Below are positions 56,001-64,000 of a DNA stretch of 64,000 nt, in pieces. Below the pieces are notes generated by a model. That model saw nothing but the letters and a program-made list of their open reading frames with translations, searched no databases and was not told where the DNA came from. The DNA is from Podospora anserina. Lineage: Eukaryota. Each line of letters begins with the position of its first letter. Position 1 is the first letter of the stretch. Location of the stretch: NCBI GenBank assembly GCA_017654855.1, contig CM030333.1:248001-312000 (forward strand), in the 5' to 3' direction. The translations under genes and the position numbers were made by a program.

Positions 56001-58641
56001 TATAGATTACCGCTAGCTAAATAACGAGACGGTAAAAAATAGTTACCCGCTATCGTTAATATCTAAGTTACGGAGTTAATTAATAAGGGCGTGATATTTT
56101 ATACGCTTAAATATACCTATCGGGTATACTTATATACAGATTAAAAAAAGAGATAAATAGAAAATAACGTTTTGTATACCCTATAATTATTTTAAGTATC
56201 TCGTAATACTATTTAGGCTAACTAATACGCCCGTAACGTTCTAATCTCTCGTTAATTATATAATCCGGAAGTACCTCGATAAAATAATAATATACTATTT
56301 TAACGATATTTTTATTTATTTATATACTTTAAAGGAATATAAGTAATATATATAAAAAATACTCGACGTACTATACGGAGCTAGACTTTTAATTAATAAA
56401 AAGAAAAATAAATTCTACGTATAAAAAATAATATATTTAGAATATTTAATATCGTTAAGTAAGGTTCGTATAGAATTTAAAAAAATTATAGTAATTAAGG
56501 ACTAGTTTACACTATAATTATAAATATACGTTAAGGAATTTTTAAGGTTTATAAATTTTTACCGGATATTTATTTATAAATATATAAGTATTACGCGGTT
56601 ATTTAATTACTTAATTAAAAAGGATATAGAGTTCCGGTAAGGGTAAAAAGAAGAGTAGGCCTTCCAGGAGCTAAAAGAGGCTATTTTAAAGGACCCGGTA
56701 CTTAAATTGCTAGATCTTAGTCGACCGTTCGAGGTCGAGGCGGATATATTAGATTATACGATTAATAAATAATTAAGATAGCGAAACGACGATAAAAAAC
56801 TATACTTAGTAACTTTCTTTTCGAAGAAATTAAAGGAGGTACGTTAAAACTACCTAATCTACAATAAAAAGCTACTTACTATTATCGAAACGTTCGAAGA
56901 ATGGAGGCCCTACCTTAATAATACTAATTATAAAATACAGGTCTATACGGATTATAAAAACCTATAATACTTTACTATTACGAAGGTCTTTAACGTATAG
57001 TAAACGCGATAGTTAAAGTTTTTTTCGGAATTTAATTTCTAGATTAATTATAAAAAAGGTTCGGAGAACGCTAGGGTAAACGCACTTAGCCGGCGGGCCG
57101 ACCACCACAAAGATACATCCAAGGAGTCACTACTATTACTTAAAGAAACGCTAAACGGTACTTTTAAGTATCTACTATAGCTATAAATAGAGTATTACGT
57201 AGTGTATTGCGAGAGGGCTACTTCCAGTAAGTACTAAAGGAAGTTAGGCAGCGATATTATAGAGTAATATTAATAGAAAAAATTAGAGCCATAAGGCATC
57301 CAAAAAAATAGTTAGGGAAGATTATAGTATAAGAATCGAGTATACGTAATACTAGGTAATAGAACGACATTAGTGATAGAGATTTATGGATCGAAGTTCG
57401 GAGGATATATAAGTATCGTAAAGACTATAGAAAAAATTAAATAATACTTTAATTAATTAAGGATTAAGGACGACGTTAAAGAAATTATTTAATTATACTA
57501 TACGTATAAAAAAACGAGGGTTACGAAGTATAAGCCTTATAGATTTCTAGAGTTATTATTAATAGTAAAACGACTATAAAGTTTAATTACGATAAATTTT
57601 ATTACTAAATTACTAAAGTTTAAAAATACAGTAACTAGCGTTAAGTATAATAATATATTAACGGTAATCGATAAGCTTACTAAATAAGTATACTTCTTAT
57701 TATATAAAGAAACCTAATCGGTAAAGTAATTAATAAATATAGTACTATAATATATTATATTAATATATATATAATTAAAAGAATTTATTACGGACCGCGA
57801 TACTAAATTTATATTAAAGTTTTAAAGAGCGTTAATAACGAGGCTCGGGGTAATAAGTAAAGCGTCTTTAGCTTATTACCCTTAGACGGACGGTTAAACG
57901 GAACGGCTTAATTAAATTATAAAATAATATTTACGGAATTATATTAATTTCGAGTAAAATAATTAGGTTAAACTTTTACTTATAGTATAATTAATATATA
58001 ATATATTATTAATTAAAACGACTAAAGCTATACCGTTCTTCGTAAATTTTAAATATAAAATAAACCTACGGTAGGGACCTAGCGTTAAAGTACCTAAGGC
58101 TAGGGTTAAAGTAAATAAACTATATATACTCTACGGTAAGCTTAAGTAAAAACTGGAATTTATAAAGAAAAGGATACGGAAATACTATAATACTAAAAGA
58201 CTTAAGGAACCTCGCTTTAAAGGGGGAAATATAATATTCCTTTCTATACGTAATTTACGTATTAAAAGACTTAGCAAGAAGCTAGACTATAGGAAAGTAG
58301 GCCCGTTTAAAGTTAAAAAGAAAATATCGGAGACGGTATTCGAACTAAAGTTACCTAGTACGATACGTCTACGGTTATATACTTTTCACATTTCACTTCT
58401 GGAACCCGCACCACCAGCGAATAAGGCTAATATACAGGTAGTAGCGGAGGATAAAGAAAAAGAGTACGATATAGAAGAAATACTAGATTTACGGTTTAAC
58501 AGAGGTTAATTAAAGTATTTAATTAGTTAATTAAGATATCCAGCCACAAATAACTCGTAGGAACCAGAAGCATATCTTAACTACCTAGATAAGCAAAAAG
58601 CATTCCACCGGTAATACCCGGACCGACCAAAACCTAAGTAA
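53093..58641 (+). pseudogene. gag-pol relic
   Basis: De-RIP motifs: KFPAPEHY.GGKAELKGFL, CFNCGKVGHFKKDC (~54005), LIDGG protease (~55215), YYFDDI RT (~56293), YTDHKNL and DALSR RNase H, TDRDTKF and AYHPQTDGQTER integrase, GPFKV, EYDVEEILD..NSWEP chromodomain; true stop uncertain. Confidence 0.92.
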
Positions 58642-58696
58642 TAAAAAGATCTGTGCCCAAGCCACGGAGAGGTATCCATGAACTTAGACACAAAAG

Positions 58697-58766
58697 AACC
58701 TCGGCAGGAATCGAACCTGCGCCTTCGACGTGGTAGCCGACGTACTACACACTACACTACAAAGTT
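58697..58766 (-). ncRNA. tRNA-like (tRNA-Gly-GCC-like) gene inside Gypsy element
   Basis: AACTTTG TA GTGT AGTGTGTA GTAC G TCGGC TACCAC GTCGA AGGC GCAGG TTCGATT CCTGC CGAGGTT then CTTTT; cloverleaf, A/B-box-like motifs, T4 run. Confidence 0.75.
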
Positions 58767-58817
58767 AGAAAGTATGAAGGGGACTAAATATAAGTAGTAC
58801 CACGCGCCTCAACCACC

Positions 58818-59501
58818 CTAGGGAGGGGAAGGCGCGCCGACGGCAACATCTTGGGCGGCCAGGAAGGAAGGACCGGCCACGCCCGGATCCAGGGAGAAGT
58901 TAGGTGACCAGTCGAAGCCTGAGGCAGGACCTAGGAAAGAGAAGTCGGAAGGCAGGGTATTGGAAGACTCTGCCGTGGGACGGCCCCGGGGATCTGGAGA
59001 GGCGGGGGCCGGAGGAGGAGGAGGAGGAGCGTCGCCAGGCGGCGAGACAGACTGTGCGGCCAGCGCAGCTTCCTCCTGCTCAACACGCTCCAGCTCTTCC
59101 ACACTGTCAAGGCCACGGGAGACGGCCGCAGCCATCCGCTCAAACCACATTCGTTTCTATAAGCGTAGGCGGTTAATTTTCTAATCCAAGGCCGCGCGTT
59201 GGGACTCGGCCTCTACCATCTCCGTCTCTAACTAATCGTGTTGGGAGATGACCTTACGGAGCTGCTGGACGGACAACCCACGAGCGTCGCAAAGGGATTA
59301 GTTATACTGTATATAGGAAGCGCAACGATCGGAGACGGAAGGGGAAATCTTGCAGGAGAAGCCACGCCTCTCGTAAAAGGAACAAATACGCTTTATAATA
59401 ATGGCAAACCGTAAGATAGTAGCAAGTAGCTCGTCACGATCCGCGGTTTTCGAGTGCAAAGGTTTAATACCGGGTCGCGCCTTACTTACGCGGTTAAACA
59501 T
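58818..59501 (-). pseudogene. Antisense Zn2Cys6 / coiled-coil / Pro-rich acidic-tail ORF, variant A (227 codons)
   Basis: Track ORFs 59298-59501 and 58818-59150 are in one frame, separated by four TAA/TAG codons consistent with RIP of Gln; C-SF-(Y>C)-ERRGFS-C-KISPSVSDR-C-AS-(Y>C)-IQYN*SL-C. Confidence 0.85.
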
Positions 59502-59591
59502 AATAAAGCATAATAAATAGGGGAAAAAGGGGAGAACTTACAAGCGTTGGTAGACGTAGGAGAGTAGGCTAGGCCGACGGGACTTCGGCCT

Positions 59592-59602
59592 AGGAGGGGG
59601 AG
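59592..59602 (+). promoter_or_regulatory. Polypurine tract
   Basis: aggagggggag 5 nt before the 3' LTR. Confidence 0.8.
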
Positions 59603-59607
59603 CGTCG

Positions 59608-59991
59608 TGTCACGGCTTGACACTTTAATAGGGCGCGGGGCGCACCACGGGCCAATCATTAGTACAGGAACGAAGACCAATTAGAGCAGGATCATTAGGA
59701 TCGAGGATCGATCCAGAAGAGTCAATCCCAAAAGGGACAGTATCGATAGGATCGATGGTCGAGTCAATCGATCCAGGACAGTATTAGGCTTAGCACAGGG
59801 TCTATATATACGGAGGAACTGGCTGGTGTAGATAGATAGTTCCGTAGTATACAATTTAAGCTTATATTTACGGTATTTAGTATTTACATTGAGACATCTT
59901 ATTGTACACTATTTAGCTGCACCGAACTAATTGTTAGAAGTTACCTTCAACCAGTATCCCTTTCAGAGGTTCTGTACAGGGGTTCGTCACA
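59608..59991 (+). repeat. 3' LTR (GATCGA-type U3)
   Basis: Direct repeat of 52652-53035. Confidence 0.97.
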
Positions 59992-62573
59992 ATGTATAAT
60001 TATTTAATCGAGGACTTAATACGTATATATATTAATTATATTAATAAGTTCGAGTTCCTCTATACTTTCCGGGAGGGTTTTTTCGCCTCTAAATAAAGAA
60101 GAATATATAGGGTAGCTTTACGGGTACTAGCCTTACGCCGTACAATCTAAAAAGGGTATTTTTTAAACTAAATATAAAGCTTTATACGTTAATACCCCCG
60201 ACCTTACGGCCCGGCACTCTATAACTTTAGGTATTTTAGATATTATAAAACCCCCGAGAAACTAATTTATAGTCTACGCTTATTAAAACTCGAATTACTA
60301 ATTATTAAAATAGCTTCCCAACTTTAATACTAGTTACTATGGACTAGCTTACTAAGGGTATAATGGCTATAATATATAAGGTGACTCTCCTTCGGTTAGA
60401 GGTCTCTTCGCTCTGTAAAGCTAACGAGGTATTAAGTAAGCGCCGGAGAGCCAAAAAAATATGGGTGTAGCACGAAGGATTATTTACTGTGTAAGATGTA
60501 AAGGATATACCTGACTAGAAGGCCGTGGGTGAGGAGGCAGCGCAAGAAACGCAGCAGGATGGCGGTAGTGCAAGGGGGGCTCGTACGAAGATTCGGTGCT
60601 GTGGTGTGTGCGGCAAGCCTGGCCATACTGCACGTACGTGCCAGGAGGCTGTAGAATCGTCTGATTTATCTATTTCCGATGGAATTATCGTGGTTTCTTA
60701 GTATTGTGGTTGTATAATTGAGGGTAGTTATTGTAGGGTAACGGAGAGTGCGCGACTCGCTTATAATGTACGTTAAGGTTTATTAGGTTTGAGTTAATAT
60801 TATATTTTCAATCATTAAAGTGTATATATATATATATCAAGGAGGTTTTATACGTAATTTACGTACTTTCCAAAATGTCTTTACCCTATCTTACCTATAC
60901 CCTACTTATCCTATAACCCTTCTTACTTTTGTTATTAGCTATACCCCTATCCCTACTCTCTCCTCTTCAGCTTTAATCTCTACTTTTCAATAACTCTGAT
61001 TTGGTATCCTACTTAAAACCGTGTAAAATTACATTTTTCAAAAAGCTCTATATTATACTATTATTCATTTCTTTCCATAAAAATCTTTATACAAACTTAT
61101 TATTAGTTAGTATATAAATTACTATATATTAAAAGTGAAATATAAGTAAATAAATGTTGTTCTTATTAACTAGATTATTTAATTTGTATCTAAAGATTGA
61201 TTCTTCTTTTAATTCTTTAATTAAAATTTAATCATCCTTTTCTCTTCATAGGAAGCAATATTTTATCGGTATTATATCTATCTTTTTCACACTAATCTCG
61301 TAGCCTATTATACTAGTTGGTTTTTTATATGACGGATAAATAGTTCTTTTCTGTGTAGTTCTCTTAAAGCCATTTTAGCCCCCTATTGTTTATATTTCAT
61401 TGGTCGTTTCAACACTGACGAGGCTATTTTGCCGTCTTTTATATTACCTTACGCCCGGGCACTTTGGTTTTCTTCTTTTAAATTACTTATTATAATTATA
61501 CTTTATTTATAGGGACCTAACTAGCTAGGTCTCTACGTGTAGAAGTCTTCCTTATACAGGTTAAAGTAAGAAAATCCAAAGTTATAAAATTTTTATATAC
61601 TTATTTTTTCAATGTATTTGTCACTTTCAATAATTAACTAATCATGGTTCTTTTTATTAACATTATAGTATTATAGTCTTATCTCTTATTTCTTTTTTAT
61701 TAAAAATTGCAAACTTATATTTAACTTCTCTATTTTATTTTTTTAGAATTTTTCAACTATATAATACTATTGATAAGTTTTGTATGATGTTTAAAATCTT
61801 TATAAATTCTTTTCTATTTATATTTTCTGATTCAATTATGAAGTTAAAGCTAAGATATACCCAAATTATTAGTTTAAACTTTCCTCAAAGTAAAAGGTTT
61901 AAAAGTTTGATTATAAAAATTTATTTAATGATTAGTAATGATTAGTCTATCAGCAGTTAAAGTATTCTATTTCAAATCATTCAAATTTTTTAAATTTTCT
62001 TTAGGTTAATAAAATAAATATTGGTTTTATTCAGGATAGTATTTAATATATCAAAATTTACTTACGGTTTTTAAAACTATTTAAGAGAAAATATATAGAA
62101 TTAACTTCCGTTTTCTATTATTGATTTAATAGTATATTTCATTCTTGAGTTATTTATAAAATAAAAATTAGAATCTATACAGGTTTTTAAAGCGCTGTAA
62201 TATCATTATTAACGATTGTTTGAATTATTAATCATAAATATTTATTTTATTATTTTCATAAAAATACAGTTAATATTTCTTTTCTTTACACTATACTTAA
62301 ATGTTTTTCTTGAATGATTTATTATTTTTATCCCCTATTTAGTTTTATATTAAAGGTTTTATTAAAAAATCCATTAAAATTATTTGAGAGAAAATAGAAT
62401 ATCTAAAGTGTTGAATTATTTATTAAAGATTAGAATAATAGTATAATTATTCCAGTATTAAACCGTAATTGAATTAATAAATATATATAGATTATAAATA
62501 TTCAACCAAAGGTTTCTCTTATTTTTAATAATATTTCATTTCAGAATAGAATAATCAAAAATTGAAATAACAT

Positions 62574-62618
62574 TTATTATTATTATTATTATTATTATCA
62601 TTATTATTATCATTATTA
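62574..62618. repeat. (ATT)n microsatellite
   Basis: ttattattat.. with two atc interruptions. Confidence 0.85.
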
Positions 62619-63270
62619 GTAAAGATAATCAACTTTTGTCATATTTTTATATAAAATGTTCTTCATAAAATTTAAGATTAATTATGGATCTATTGTTAAT
62701 AATAGAGTATAAAGGAATCTTTTCTTTTCCACAAGTTAACGATATGCTATGTTTTTATACTAAGCTTTTGAGATACAATATAATAAATAGAACATGTATT
62801 TTTATTTCTAAATAAAAGTTTGATTTATATAAATTACATTAGAACATTGAATATATTCAACAAAGGAAAATTGTAAGTTCTATAATTACTATTATTCTTT
62901 TGAAAAGGTAAATATTATTTAGTTATATGGAAAGCATATAATTACTCCAAAATTGAATGATCTTTGTTAACATCTTATATATAAGTAAATAGTATTTTTC
63001 TTATTAATTTAATTTCCAATATTAAACTAAATATATATTAAAATGTAATAACCTATACTTTTATTAAAGAAAATGAATAAGACTCAATAAAATATAATAG
63101 TATATTGTTTAAAAATATTGTATAAAATAACATATAACTATAATACACATTCTTAGAAAAAGGTTCAATATATTTAATGAAGAAAACTTTTTACTATATA
63201 AAGTTCAATTCTTTTTTAATATCATTCATTACGAGACTTGAAAGTATGTAAATTTGCACTATATAAGTCT

Positions 63271-63336
63271 TAATTTAATAATTTAATAATTTAACAATTT
63301 AATGATTTAATGATTTAATAATTTAATAATTTAATA
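63271..63336. repeat. 8-bp tandem repeat (taatttaa)n
   Basis: About eight copies with tgatttaa/caatttaa variants. Confidence 0.8.
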
Positions 63337-64000
63337 AAAATAAAGATAAAATCTTTTTGCTATTATATTTTTCATTTTTCTAAATATAGAATACTTTAAA
63401 CCTGATAAATCTCAAATCGAAACTTATATTAAAAATTAATTTCTATAAGCAAAAATCTATATATGTGTACTATTTAAAAGGTTTATAATTACATATCATT
63501 AATTTACGTAAAATTAAAAAGACCTAAAATGATTAATAGATTTTTTAAAACATATTAATATTCGTATACTTTAAAACATAAAAATAAAAATTGATATTTA
63601 CAATAAACAGTTAAAATAACCTTAAATGATAATTTTCTAAACCTTAAAAAAAAGCTAGATAAAAAAAATGCGCATTTTGTTTTATAAAAATATTACTTGG
63701 TATAAAAAATTATTATATTGATATTAAGAAATATTTTTTTCATCAAATATTAAACGCCCTTCTTAATTATTATATCTAAATTGAAATTTTAACTGTTAAA
63801 TATTATATTACATTAAAAATTCATTTTATTTTTGATATATTAGAAATATCTAATAATTTACATAATTCGACAAGAATGTTACTTATTTTTTTCAAGAATA
63901 ACTAGTCATTCTCGAGGAAATATTTATGATTCAAATAGATTTAACATTTTAGTTTCCTGATTGAATAATAAGTGGAATTCTTTTAAAAAAAAGGTTTATA

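Larger units (their letters stand above)
52652..59991 (+). mobile_element. Complete Ty3/Gypsy chromovirus (7340 bp), RIP-inactivated
   Basis: Two 384-bp TG..CA LTRs whose U3 differences are all transitions, TSD gtgta/atgta, PPT, domain order PR-RT-RH-IN-chromo. Confidence 0.97.
51684..60701 (+). pseudogene. Fot1/pogo transposase relic in two pieces (51684-52651, 59997-60701)
   Basis: MPPTLKEARVILALKALQKDEK.. N-terminus; tgctgtggtgtgtgcggcaagcctggccat (CCGVCGKPGH) near 60600. Confidence 0.9.
51602..60773 (+). mobile_element. Fot1/pogo DNA transposon split by a complete Gypsy insertion
   Basis: 27-bp TIRs acgtacattataagcgagtcgcgcact, TA duplication; ~1.83 kb once 52652-59996 is removed. Confidence 0.95.

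Noticed and set aside
58697-58766. Functional decoding tRNA or RT primer
   Set aside because: 6-nt anticodon loop, atypical D-loop, and its 3' end is not complementary to the PBS; kept only as tRNA-like
58904-59184. Plus-strand and alternate-frame ORFs
   Set aside because: Shadows of the antisense zinc-cluster ORF in GC-rich sequence
60880-60970. C-rich stretch resembling telomeric CCCTAA
   Set aside because: No true hexamer periodicity
1-64000. CRISPR array, organellar or bacterial origin
   Set aside because: No repeat-spacer structure; AT richness is explained by RIP on fungal transposons

Overview
AT-rich, RIP-scarred (C>T/G>A, TpA-rich) heterochromatin-like block from a filamentous ascomycete, with no intact host gene. 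It is a nest of transposons. One family of Ty3/Gypsy chromoviruses is present as one complete element at 52652-59991, four large degraded or rearranged segments, a short gag-plus-LTR remnant and several solo or partial LTRs. There are also three Fot1/pogo-type DNA transposons, one unrelated solo LTR, and an older unresolved AT-rich background with dispersed hairpin and coding-like repeats. The main observation concerns the region between the chromodomain and the 3' LTR. There each Gypsy copy carries an antisense cassette: a Zn(II)2Cys6 (GAL4-type) zinc-cluster/coiled-coil ORF followed by a 70-nt tRNA-like gene. The ORF is recognisable only after reversing RIP changes. gag-pol and R/U5 are conserved between copies, but the zinc-cluster protein and the adjacent U3, an array of short repeated motifs, differ sharply from copy to copy. 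This suggests a self-encoded transcription factor and its binding sites diversifying together (inference). The family also shows a Tf1-type self-priming signature. All alignments and de-RIP translations were done by eye, and boundaries described as approximate are approximate.
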